A stretch of 37,124 nucleotides of DNA, taken from the NCBI GenBank assembly GCA_002811645.1, contig PDIP01000100.1, positions 1 through 37,124 on the forward strand, written 5' to 3'. The DNA comes from Corallochytrium limacisporum Hawaii (lineage: Eukaryota; Protista; Pluriformea). This document shows positions 22,681 through 33,760 of this stretch, piece after piece. Each line of letters opens with the position of its first letter. The first letter of the stretch is position 1. Made by a program: the position numbers and the translations under genes. The notes beneath the pieces were generated by a model that had not been told where the DNA came from, did not search any database, and worked only from the letters and a program-made list of their open reading frames with translations.

Positions 22681-25600
22681 GGTTGTCCTTAGGTCAACGT
22701 ATCTTCGATTGCAGTGGTTTGTGTTTCCCTGGACTACGATTCACTCATTTAGGATGCTTTTCTTTCAATCTAGTCTGCCATCATTCTCTGTTTTGGGCTC
22801 TATGACGAGGTTCCCGGGTTATCTTAATTCTTGGTTGCCCAAATACAAGTGGATAATCAGACCTTCTGTTCTGCGGACTGCTTACCATACCCGATCACGA
22901 ACCTTCAAGAACCATGCCAGGCGGTGGACTTGGAGACCTTTCGTCCCAAATCAATCTCCCAGGTCGATGAACCCTGAAGTGTGGGACACTTCGCATAGAT
23001 CTGCTAGGGGAGATCCTCTTCATCTGTGCTCCGTCCAGGGAGACCTCGCTCACAAACAGAACCATAAATCGCTGCGCTCTACTAACCACCCAACCCTCGA
23101 CTCCCGAAGTCTTCGCCTCCTCGTGGTTCGGCACCGATGTGCACGATTGCAAGGGTCACCACCTTGGATGTAGTAATTTCGCTATGGAAAGAACAAAGGG
23201 GACTATCAGTGGACGAGTAATTGTGCCACCCCAGCGCGGGAGAAAACTGTCGCCCTTCCTCCGTTCCTTGTACGCGTGCACTGGCTTTTTTGTCCATTGA
23301 CTCTTGTCCCACCGCTTTTCCCCTCGATTATTGTCCGGGCCGACCGCCCGGCCCACGAGTTCTCCCAACTCTCTGACTACCGTTCCCGACTTTTTCCATT
23401 TGCCGAGCTCTCGTACGACCACTCTCTCCGTTTCTCCACTTTGCTCCACACGATCGGCGTGATCGGAGAGTAACCCTCTCCCCCCCCCCGGTAATACTTT
23501 TATTATATCATATCATGACTAGTTTAATACTGATCATATTCGCACAAGTACCTTGTGCAATGTAGTTTTACAGTTGTATTGTGCTACAATAACACTCCTC
23601 TCGTGGGGCGGTGGGGCCGTCAAGGAACCCCACATCAGCCATGGTGGGTGATGACTTCCCATTCCTTACTTTTTATGTTGGTGCTCCACAAACCACGCAC
23701 GGCTGGGGACCAACAGTCGGTCCACCGTGCGCTTGGACTCCACCCTCGCCCGGTCCGCTTCTCTCGGCCTTCATGCTCCACACGACCCACCACTTCGGTT
23801 GCTTCCGGTGCAGTGAGAAGGGTAAATTTCGGTGGAAGAAAAAGCGGGGGGAGGGGGGGAATAACCCGAACGGCTGGCCGAATGACGAAAGATTTGCGCC
23901 GCCGATGGATAGGTAGTGGTGAAGATCCCCCCGGGGGGGAGGGGGGGATCGGGAGTTGCTGGTCACGACCTGTCGGTTGGTTTTGTTTGACGGAATTACT
24001 GGTGCTGCTTGCCCGGCCAGGGATTTAACGGCACACAGAGGGTTTGTTTTCCACCGTCGTTTTAGGTACTGGGGCCGGTTCCCTGTAGAGCTTCTGTCGT
24101 CAAAAAAGCACATGGTAGTGATCATCACAAAATTCTCGAGGGTGTGTCTACATCTGCGTCCCAAGCGGAATGGATTTCGAACCATCAAGGAAAAGGAAAA
24201 CAACAGGCCAGGCACAACCTCAATGCACAAAGTAATTCAGAATGATTCAGTGCTGAGAGGAGGCGGAAACACTCCGCGCAGGTAGTAGAAGGGGGAAGGA
24301 AATGAATAGTATGGTGATATATTATTACATGCACATGTACGGTTAACAACCGTGCGGGCGGCTTTTAACGTGATTGGGCGAGTATTAGTCATCGTTTGCT
24401 CTGGCCGAGACCAGCTCTGCTGGGTGATGGTTCAATTTCTATAGGAATCCGTGAGGGGGCGAGGGAGACTAAAGAGAGGGAAGGAACCGGGGGCTGTTGG
24501 AGAACACTTCTATGGTGTCCAGGTTAATCTTCTTCCTTCCTCCTATAGTTCACTTAATATTGAAAGTGGAACGAACAACAAGAGCTCGCTCTCGGGAAGT
24601 TCTGTACACGAGCGGTTGAGTTTCATGCGAAAGGTCTTCTCTCCTTGGTTCTCTTACTATAAAGATATAGTTGCTTTCCTGAGAATGACGTAGCCTTCCT
24701 GCTGAGTGTCGTTTTCTGGCCGTTTGAAAACATCCGCACAGGTGTTTGTTTAATGACCCAACGAGTCCGCTACTCTCTGTACGGTATGAGATGTACCCTG
24801 TGTCACGACTTGCATTCTTACCAGATTTTCTGAAGGCCCTTCTACAGTGTGTTCCCCGCCGCTCAGTGGGGTGGTGGTTGCCTTGGCCCCGTCTGCCCCT
24901 GTTTTTGGTGGTCCTCACCGTTGGCTAGCCAGACTCTGCATAGCCAAGGCGCGGCAATTTTCCACCGCTATTTGCTAAATACTGCGCTTCGCTCACCATC
25001 ACCGGGGAGTGGCCCTGAAGATAGTGTGCGCATGGATCCCCCCATAAATTTTCCCCGAATGAAGGTCACAGCAAGTATGGAATACTCAGCCCCGGACAGC
25101 TTCCGCACCACCCTGTCATAGTCGACTAACTATAGATCAATTCGGACACATCTTCGGTGGTTAGGCACTGTCCACCACATGACCCAACAAGCCACCTGCA
25201 AATGGACGTATGCATGCGCAAACACATATCATCGTCCTTTCCAACCACCGCGGAGTCTACTTTCGACCCCTTTGCGATACGGCCCAAAAGCTTGGATCAT
25301 TAGATGGCGCTCCCACACCCCTCCTTCCTCCCCTTCATAGACTCAGTTTTAGTACACCCCCCCGCGATAGGAATGGTACGGCGCTTGGACTGCCGTGCTA
25401 TCACTCTACAACTAACTATTTATATCCGCCGAGGCTGGCCACCCTCAAACTTGTTCTGTTGTTTTTTGGCGGTTGATGATTCAATAACCCTCCTCCCCAG
25501 AGGCCCGACCCAAAGATTCGTTCATTAAGGAGATGGATCATTACCGCCCTGGTCCGGATGGTCTAAAACGAAAAACAGACTCCCGAGAGTCTGGGCATGC

Positions 25601-26048
25601 CGCCCTTTGTACGCACTGAATCTTTGACATACACCCAATTCACCCGTGCGCGGTTGTGTTCGCGATTCCGCGGCAATTCGTAGTGGGAGTTCAGTCAAAT
25701 CCTGCCTTACAATCAACACTCACAACGGAAATCTAATTCCATACCACGGGGACAGCAACGTTTGACGTTGGCCAGGTGCGTAGAATCGAAAGCGGTCTCT
25801 GCACAGGGATCTGCAGGGTTACATTAGCAGCCTGGACCATACCTCGTCCTGGACTTTCAAGAGTTCAAGAACCTGCTGATGGGCAGGTTGGCAAATTGAA
25901 AAGAAATTATGGAAATGGTGTCAGGGTTTATGTAACTGCCAATCAGTGCAAGATTGGCTGTGGCTATGTGGTTTGAGTTCCTGCTGGCCACTTCAGGCTA
26001 GGACACTCTGGATGTTTCTTCTATGGATCATACGCTACATGAAAACTC

Positions 26049-27131
26049 TCAACGATGGGAAAGCTCCTTCAGATCGGGCATCTTTGCGCCACCTTTACGA
26101 ATGATCTTTTCTATGTTCCCGAGGATGTGCTCTTTAAAGGTCACAGCCTCGTACTTTGGTTCCTCTCCAGGTTCCATGAGCTTTTCGATGGGTTTACCAG
26201 TTAACGAGTAGTTTGGGTTGAAGAATACTGGGAAAGTGACACGCTCATTGCCGTCGGGATTGTGCGCGCGGTGTGTGGTGGAACGATACTTTCCATTCGT
26301 GACACGCGTGACAAAGTCACCCTGATTGACGACGACCGTGTCCCGGGTTAGATTCTTAGGCATGAACCAAGTTCCATCAGGATGTTGAATCTCCAGACCG
26401 GGCTTACCATCAACAGCGAGGAACGTAAGCCATCCGGCGTCAGTATGCTCTCCGAGGCCGAAAGTGCCCTTTGCCGAGTTTGTGTAGATGTTCTCCGGAT
26501 AGAAGTTCAGCCGAAGGATCTCATTTCCAAAGCCAAGACCGTTCCAAAAGAATTCGCGGTTAAAATATTCCTCGTCCAGACCGAGGGATAGGGCCACTAA
26601 GCGATTCATCTTTACACCGCAACCCCGGACACTGTCTATGTACCGGATGGTGGTATCCTTGAGCTCGGGGATCTCCTTGATCCACAGCTCCTGGATGTCA
26701 TCTGCCCACACCGGAGGAAGATAGCTTTCCCTAACATCCATGTACTCACCTACACCAACAACCTCCGTGCAATTTGGAATATATCCGCGGATAATCTGTT
26801 TTCCAGCGTATTGTTGCTTGACCTCGTCGGGGAGATGGAAGAGCTTGCGCGCAATGGACTCCATCTTATCCTTGAGTACAGGGTCAATACCATGGTTCTT
26901 CACGCATAAAAACCCAATATCCCTCAGAACATGATGTAATTCCTTGGCGGTCTGGATCTTGTTGGCTTCAGAGGCAAAAGCCCACTCCAGATCCAGGCAA
27001 GGGATGCAGTCATCTTCACAGTCCAGGTTTTCGAAGGCGCTGGTCTTACGCAGTTTTTCCACCGCACTGACACCCTCCAGCGACAGACGGTTCACGCGTT
27101 CTGTGATACCGAACTTGTCCTCAGCCACCAT
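26049..27131 (-). CDS. 2-oxoglutarate/Fe(II)-dependent dioxygenase, IPNS/DIOX-like, paralog 1 (360 aa)
   Basis: N-terminal IPCLDL...IGFLCVKNHGI; LRLNFYP; iron triad H-T-D (EHTDAG) plus H (STTHRA); R-x-T (ERVTFPVF). Start placed at the ATG shared by all three paralogs (MVAEDKF), not the upstream TTG in the ORF track. Confidence 0.93.
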   Translation of the reverse strand: MVAEDKFGITERVNRLSLEGVSAVEKLRKTSAFENLDCEDDCIPCLDLEWAFASEANKIQTAKELHHVLRDIGFLCVKNHGIDPVLKDKMESIARKLFHLPDEVKQQYAGKQIIRGYIPNCTEVVGVGEYMDVRESYLPPVWADDIQELWIKEIPELKDTTIRYIDSVRGCGVKMNRLVALSLGLDEEYFNREFFWNGLGFGNEILRLNFYPENIYTNSAKGTFGLGEHTDAGWLTFLAVDGKPGLEIQHPDGTWFMPKNLTRDTVVVNQGDFVTRVTNGKYRSTTHRAHNPDGNERVTFPVFFNPNYSLTGKPIEKLMEPGEEPKYEAVTFKEHILGNIEKIIRKGGAKMPDLKELSHR

Positions 27132-27221
27132 GTTCAAAGTTTTCAGGGACTTTGACGTATCTTAAATCTTTTCTGCAAAGTACTGGTGTACAGTGGGTAG
27201 GCCCTGAACAGCGAGGTAATT

Positions 27222-27236
27222 GATCCTTTAAATAGC
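27222..27236 (-). promoter_or_regulatory. TATA-like element GCTATTTAAAGGATC of dioxygenase 1
   Basis: About 100 nt upstream of the ATG; positionally conserved in all three paralogs. Confidence 0.6.
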
Positions 27237-29132
27237 AGAAAGATATTGATACCCTCTATCTCCGCACCCGGGGTTGCGGGCGCCAAGCAAGACATGCAAT
27301 GAGAAATTCAAAGTATCAAAGCAAACAAGGTACTGTGCATACATCATCTATCCTCGCCTCGACCAATCGTAGAATGACAATATCCCCCGAACCACTCGTG
27401 TGCCGTACTACGGGGTGTGGTGGAGGCGGCCAGGAGGGTGGGGGGGAGGAGGGGGCCCGACCCCTGTGGCCAGTAGATGGCAAAATACTGGCAATGCGGG
27501 AGATAAACCTTCTAAAGTCCTATTTGCCATTCATCTATCATATACTCAGAAGAGCGTCGACAGGGGAAGCGCACCGGAGGGGGGAGCGGATGGGAGGGGA
27601 GAATTGAATGGCAGCGGGCTAATCCAACTTGCTTGAAGCGAAGTCAGGTACACATAGCAGAGACGGAAGACACAGAGGGCATCCTCTGATCATTTGAACC
27701 TGTCAGCACTGGGTTACGGGTTTCAAAGCTGGGCTTCCGTCTCTGCGATGTTCAGAATACAAGCACTCATCCGTGTGTGCACGCTCATTCATGGACGCCG
27801 CAGCATAATTTTCTTTCGGCAGCGAATTGCGTACGGGGTGGACAACAGTATGTAAATCTGTTGTGCTGCCTGCAAGAATTTCGAGGAAAAAAACCCTCTG
27901 CAATACCGAGAATTGCTGGACGGCTGAAGGTGAAATACGTGTAAAGCGGCATCTACAGGACCGTCTGTGGTTCGAAGCACTGGAAGACAGCCTTCACGAC
28001 ACCCAAAACCGTTCCAACTGTCAAACTACGCAGTCGTCGGCATCTCATGTTCTGAAACCAAAAGTAAAAACGTACATATTAATTGAGTTTCCTGTCTGGT
28101 GTACTGTAACATTTGAAAAAGAACAGAGAAGTATGTCACTATGGCACTATATCTTGTAGGCGTTCAAAACAGACACAGGATGGGGTGGCGGGACTACCAA
28201 TACATACACATGTTCACGTGTGCCCGACCCCTTGACGGAAAACTCGCCCAGCACAACACCGTCTGACAAAACAACCACCTGCTCATGGAACCCACAGAGC
28301 TCGGTGCCCAAACATCCGATACCATCCATGCACGAACACTGCCCCCTCTGGGGTCACTTTCCCTCGCCGGCCCGCCTTTCATACCTTTTTGCTTTTTGCT
28401 GGTTGGCGGAAGTGGTGTTCCGAAAAGGAAGGAAAATGCGCACTGCATCTGTGGTTTCTATATTTGGGATAGCCTCAGAGAAGAGAGGGGCAGAGGGAGT
28501 GAGGACACAAATTCGAAATTCCTAGATGACGACGTGTCCTTGGCAAAAAACCCTCCCTCCCTTGCCCTTCCCCTGGCGCCCTCCCCGCCGGGGGAGGGGG
28601 GTTGGTGTTTGCACACCCACCAATATCGCGCCCCTTATTGGTTTTCTTTTTTGCTGCTCTCTCGTTTTAATATTTTTTGGAGGGGAGGGGGGGGGGTTCG
28701 GTTTCTGGGTCGTGTGGTGAAGAAATGGCTGGCAGGGGTTAGGAAACGAAGGGACAAACCCCCCCGGGGGGGCGGCGGTCGGGATCCCTACGTGCACGGT
28801 CATGGCATAGTTGGTTGGATACCAATCCGCGGAACCCGGGCAGGCAAATGAGGCCGGCGGTGGCATTGCTGATGGTGAACATAATCGTCTTTGCGATTAA
28901 GTACCCAGACCTCACCTCTTCCTGGACTTCCGAGAGCTCAAGAACCTGCTGATGGTCAAGGTGGCAAATGTAATGAACCCATGAATATTGTGTAAGATCC
29001 AAATAACTACCAATCAATGTAAGATTAGCTGTGGTTGTGTATTTTGAGTTTTTGCCGGCACTTTGGGATAGGAAATTCTTATGAGGCCTGAATTTAGTAT
29101 ATAAAGAGGATTGGAAACCACATGAGAGATTC

Positions 29133-30203
29133 TCAGCGATGGGAAAGCTCCTTCATATCGGGTATCTTTGCGTCTTTGTGAATGATTGTCTCGGCCTTGA
29201 GGAAGATGTGCTCTTTAAAGGTCAAAGCCTCGTACTTTGGTTCCTCTCCAGGTTCCATGATCTCTTCGATGGGCTTGCCAATTATCGAGTAGTTTGGATT
29301 GAAGAATACTGGGAAACTAACACGTTCATTGCCGTCGGGATTGTGTGCGCGGTGATTGGTGGAACGATACCTTCCATTCGTGATACGCGAAACAAAATCA
29401 CCCTGATTGACGACCATCATGTCACCGGTTAGATTCTTAGGCATAAACCAAGTACCATCAGAACGTTCAATCTCCAGACCGGGCTTACCATCAACAGCGA
29501 GGAGCGTAATCCATCCGGCGTCAGTATGCTCGCCAAAGCTGTATGTGCCCTTTGCCGTGTTTGTGTGCAGGTTTTCAGGATAGAAGTTCAGCCGAAGGAT
29601 CTCATTTCCAAAGCCGACACCGTTCCAAAAGTATTCGCGGTTAAAGTACTCCTCGTCCAGACCAAGAGACAGGGCCATTAGGCGATTCATCTTCATGCCA
29701 CATTCCCGGATACTGTCCATGTACTGGAGGGTGGTATCCTTGAGCTCGGGGATCTCCTTGATCCACAGCTCCTGGACGTCATCTGCCCACAGTGGAGGAA
29801 GGTAGCTTTCTCTAATATCCACATACTCACCGTCACCAAGTGCCTCTGAAAAGTTTGGAATATATCCACGGATATCCTGTTTTCCAGCGTACTGTAGCTT
29901 GACCTCTTCGGGAAGATGGAAGCTCTTGCGGGTAATGGCCTCCATCTTGTCCTTCTCGACGCCGTGGTTCTTCAGGCACATAAAACCAATGTCCCTCAGA
30001 ACATGATGTAATTCCTTGGCGGTCTGGATCTTGTTAGCTTCAGAGGCAAAGGCCCACTCCAGATCCATGCACGGAATGCAATCATCTTCACCGTCTAGGC
30101 ATTCAAAGGCACTGGTCTTACGCATTTTTTCCACCGCACTGACACCCTCCAGTGACAGCCGGTTAGGGCGTTCTGTGACGCTGAACTTATCCTCAGCAAC
30201 CAT
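29133..30203 (-). CDS. 2-oxoglutarate/Fe(II)-dependent dioxygenase, IPNS/DIOX-like, paralog 2 (356 aa)
   Basis: Same motifs (EHTDAG, STNHRA, ERVSFPVF) and aligns full-length with paralog 1. The ORF-track extension to 30359 starts at TTG and is out of frame in the homologous leader of paralog 1, so the ATG at 30203 is used. Confidence 0.93.
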   Translation of the reverse strand: MVAEDKFSVTERPNRLSLEGVSAVEKMRKTSAFECLDGEDDCIPCMDLEWAFASEANKIQTAKELHHVLRDIGFMCLKNHGVEKDKMEAITRKSFHLPEEVKLQYAGKQDIRGYIPNFSEALGDGEYVDIRESYLPPLWADDVQELWIKEIPELKDTTLQYMDSIRECGMKMNRLMALSLGLDEEYFNREYFWNGVGFGNEILRLNFYPENLHTNTAKGTYSFGEHTDAGWITLLAVDGKPGLEIERSDGTWFMPKNLTGDMMVVNQGDFVSRITNGRYRSTNHRAHNPDGNERVSFPVFFNPNYSIIGKPIEEIMEPGEEPKYEALTFKEHIFLKAETIIHKDAKIPDMKELSHR

Positions 30204-30292
30204 GTTCAAGGTTTCAAGAATTTGTATGTATTTCAAGTCTTTTCTGCAAAGTACTGATGTGCCATTGGTAGGTTCAGAACAGCAAGTTAGCT

Positions 30293-30307
30293 GATCTCTT
30301 AAATAGC
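30293..30307 (-). promoter_or_regulatory. TATA-like element GCTATTTAAGAGATC of dioxygenase 2
   Basis: About 100 nt upstream of the ATG; positionally conserved in all three paralogs. Confidence 0.6.
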
Positions 30308-30599
30308 TGAAAGGTGGACGAGATCCTGCACCTGCGCAGTCCTGGTCCGCGTAAGCCAACGCAGAGATGGCAAGAGGAACCCACCCAAAAGGAGGGAAGA
30401 AAATATCTAGGGGGTATTGTCTGTATTATGACCTGTGCTTCCCTTCGACCAAGGTGATCACCTCCAATTTTTATCCCGCCAAACACCTCGTGCTCAGTAC
30501 TGAGCGGGTGTGGTGGAAAAAAAAGGGAGGGGAGGGAAGAGGGGGGTTTATGGGAAGCGAAGGAAACCCCAAGCGCGAAAGGGGGAGAGGGAAACCAAA

Positions 30600-30657
30600 C
30601 CCACCCCAGGAGCCAGCAGATGGCAGAACCCACCCCTGGGATCAGTAAATGGCAGAC
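30600..30657. repeat. Imperfect 29-bp tandem repeat (2 copies) upstream of dioxygenase 2
   Basis: cccaccccaggagccagcagatggcagaa followed by cccacccctgggatcagtaaatggcagac. Confidence 0.8.
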
Positions 30658-32506
30658 TACCAGCAAAAAGTCGAAGCAAGCTCCAAACACCCTTTAGTAC
30701 CCCACCGTCCGTACCGGCAGTTGTTTTTCTAGGGATTTTGACGAGCACTTCCCGGGAGGACCTGGGGCTATGGGGGGCCCGGTTTGTTGCGTTACTTGAA
30801 CTTGAAGTTAATTTTTTTTCCTTTGTCCTTTGTGTTTTTTTTCTCCCGCTTCGACTGTCAACCAACCGACCCCCCCCCCCAAGGGACGAGTAAATGGCAA
30901 CACCAACCAACGGAGGCGTAAAAGTCGAGAGACGGCCACTACGTCTAACCGTACTGGATTCATTTTACCATACTGGGGGTGAGCATGTCCACCAAGAGCC
31001 ACTGGGCATATGGGGGCCCGGTATGTTGCTTTACCTCGTCCTGAAGTTTTTTTTTTTTCTGGACGTTTTCGGCACGTCAGGTGCACTAGGATGGTAACCA
31101 ACCGAACGACGCGGATTATACGCATAGGCTCGTGCGCGCACGAAACAAAGAGCTACCCCGGGGGGTGTAGCCGAATGGGAACAGTGTGTGGTGGTAGAGT
31201 TACATGTCTTCCTGCACCAGTGCCGTCTGAAATTCACAAATGAGAACCGTCCGGGCGCCATTGGTTTCCAGTCGTTACCCTGCCGTGTACAACGACGATT
31301 GGGAGCGGCACTGAAGACGCCACATGGTAATGACCGGGCAACAGAGTAGCTTAATTCCCCGGCGTCGTCCTTGCTTCGTAGATTCCAGTGGGGCATTGGT
31401 AGTCTTTGGGAACTGCGGACAATTATCGTTGGTAGTGGACTTGTCGCCATTGCTGGGTACTGTCTAGGTGTGGTCCCTTCCACGAACATACGCGACAGAG
31501 TTCAAGGCACGGTACATGGAAATCCAGAGCTGCCAATCTGCATGTCTGGGTGATGCAAAGGTGGTCGCTTGTGTATCTACCATCTGCGGAGGACCAGACC
31601 CACAAGCCCACCAGACAAAGTTGCCAATTGATTCCTTCACGTTGGGTGTGTAGGAAGACTATGGAGTCTACTGATCAACGTCAAGAGGACCCAGATGATG
31701 AAGTGAATTCGAAACATGAACACCTACGATACATGCACTGATCAAATGGTACCGTACACAGCCATCGTCTAAGATTCTGTCGTTGTAGGGACGATCTGGA
31801 AAGTCACAGATCCATCCAAAGGGTAGTTCATCACCAGCATCCGGGTACTTAAGGCATTCACAACCATTATTGATCGAAATCCAATCCATCGCTCAGTTTC
31901 GAAGACCACCAGGGAGTAGAGGGTTCACAAGTGAGCTCCTTGAGGTTGCCCTCTTAGGGATGCGATGGCAACAGGGGTCTGGGCAAATTGCGTAATTTGT
32001 TTTCAGGTGTCCATGACCGTCTGCATGACGAAATGCCGCATAGCCGAAGTCTCATGATGCACATCCGAGCACAATTCCGTCAACATTTTCCGCGAGAAGC
32101 ACTCCATTAACACGACTTGCGAACACCATATATCTCCGTCACGGTCTCCTCGGAGGACATCCCCGAGACTAAGTGATAAGACACTCTTCCTCAATGGACA
32201 TCAACTTCATAGACAGGGGGACACCCCATCGGACCTTGCTGTGAAGTGCATAGGACATGCTTGGTAGAGGTCAATCGAGAACCTTCCCAAGAATGATAGG
32301 GCTCGTAATGCAGGATCAGTCTTCTCCCTTTTTATCTGTATCGTCCACCTGCGTGGACACCACCAGGAGTTATCTCACAAGCAGGGCAAGGCAAATCGCT
32401 TGCCTGGCAATCTGTTTCCTCTGGATACTTCTCTTGCTTGGTGTGCTCTCGCGCTCGCGCTTTGCATGTTCAAACGACACATTCCCTACCTGAGCAAACG
32501 AAGAAG

Positions 32507-32563
32507 CCACAGATTCTGGTGGACCCCACAGATTCTGGTGGACCCCACAGATTCTGGCGGACC
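32507..32563. repeat. 19-bp minisatellite, 3 copies (ccacagattctggtggacc)
   Basis: Units at 32507, 32526 and 32545; one T>C change in the third copy. Confidence 0.95.
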
Positions 32564-33646
32564 CCCTAATTGAGAACCCGCGTAGGAATCTAACGGCAAC
32601 ACATCAGTAACAAATCATACGCGCACTATACCCAATTCCTTACATGAATGCGCACACACCCGACGATGCCATCCACGCTCTCAGTGGCTCACTGATGGGG
32701 TTCGATAAGTGACTAAACCACACCGTCCAGTTAATGTCCAGAAGAATGCAAAGACTGGCGAAAATTGAAAATTGAGTGTCCCATACTATCCTTTCCTGTG
32801 TGCTATGTCAACTGCAGGTCCATAGACGTCATATCACTGAGACAGTACCAACAACGTGTGCGTTGAGTAGGAAGGGAAAAGCAAGGTAAGTTCAGGCGAA
32901 GTGATGCGCTTCTATGCCGCTGTGGAGCACGACTGATCCAAGTGGCTAGCCAGCCGCCTGGTTTTCGTCTCGGACCCGTTACACACAGATTTGGCGCACC
33001 CCAAACTGTACCAATCAGTGCAGTTCAAAGTGATAGACATCAGAGACAATCCCTTGAACATCATCATCTAGAACTCGAATTCTTCTGCCACAGTTATTTG
33101 CCCGCGGCTCGAACGGGCTCTGTCAGCACCAGGTACTGCGCTAATCCATTAATACGATTCCCAAGATCAAGGTTGTCCGTCTCAGAAGCCAGCTAGACCC
33201 AAGGAGGAGCAACCAGCCCAAGCAAAAAGCACGAAAGAAAAATTTGTTCTCCTCAACAGGAGAGAGGGATCTCCCTTTCCCGTTTGCTCCCTTTGCAGTT
33301 CTCCTCCTGCTCCCCTCCCAAATTAACTGAATTCTAGTGGTGGTACCGTGGTACCAAATATGCTGAATAATTTTACCCGCAACGACCGAGATTGAAGGAA
33401 AATTTTCTTGCCCAGAGAGACGATTGGCCTCATGGCTTGGGGGGGAAGGGAACTGCAAGCTTTCATTCCCTGTCGCTCGATCACCCCTGCCGCAATACCC
33501 AGCCCTACTGCTGGTACTTTCATTACCGAGAAGTTGACTGTGGTGAATAATAGACTCCCGTTCGAAAGGTGTGGTTTACTAAATATGGAAGTGAAATGTT
33601 GATTTTCTTTCTCTTTCGGGACAGCGAGCCAGTGTTTGCAGGGGCA

Positions 33647-33760
33647 GGGAGAGAGTGAGAGAGAGAGCGAGAGAGAGAGCGCGCGCGTGAGTCGAGAGGA
33701 AAAATGTTTAGGGGGTGAACTAGAGAGAGAGGTGAGCGAGAGAGAATTGGAGAGAGAGCG
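33647..33760. repeat. Degenerate (GA)n-rich tract
   Basis: Interrupted gaga runs, read directly. Confidence 0.75.

Larger units (their letters stand above)
25823..27495 (-). repeat. Tandem segmental duplication, copy A (dioxygenase 1 plus flanks)
   Basis: Flanks align with 28896-30665, sharing for example tcaagaacctgctgatgg (3' side) and ttttctgcaaagtactg, tcgaccaa, gggtgtggtgga (5' side). Boundaries are approximate. Confidence 0.8.
28896..30665 (-). repeat. Tandem segmental duplication, copy B (dioxygenase 2 plus flanks)
   Basis: Counterpart of copy A; boundaries are approximate. Confidence 0.8.

Noticed and set aside
30204-30359. 52-aa N-terminal extension of dioxygenase 2
   Set aside because: Starts at TTG, spans the TATA-like element, and the homologous leader of copy 1 differs by a 1-nt indel.
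31550-32500. Moderately protein-like fragments in the spacer between dioxygenases 2 and 3, a possible pseudogene
   Set aside because: Stops in all frames I translated and no identifiable family; would need BLASTX or HHblits.
32507-32563. Possible CRISPR array
   Set aside because: Head-to-tail 19-bp repeats without spacers, eukaryotic context, no cas genes.
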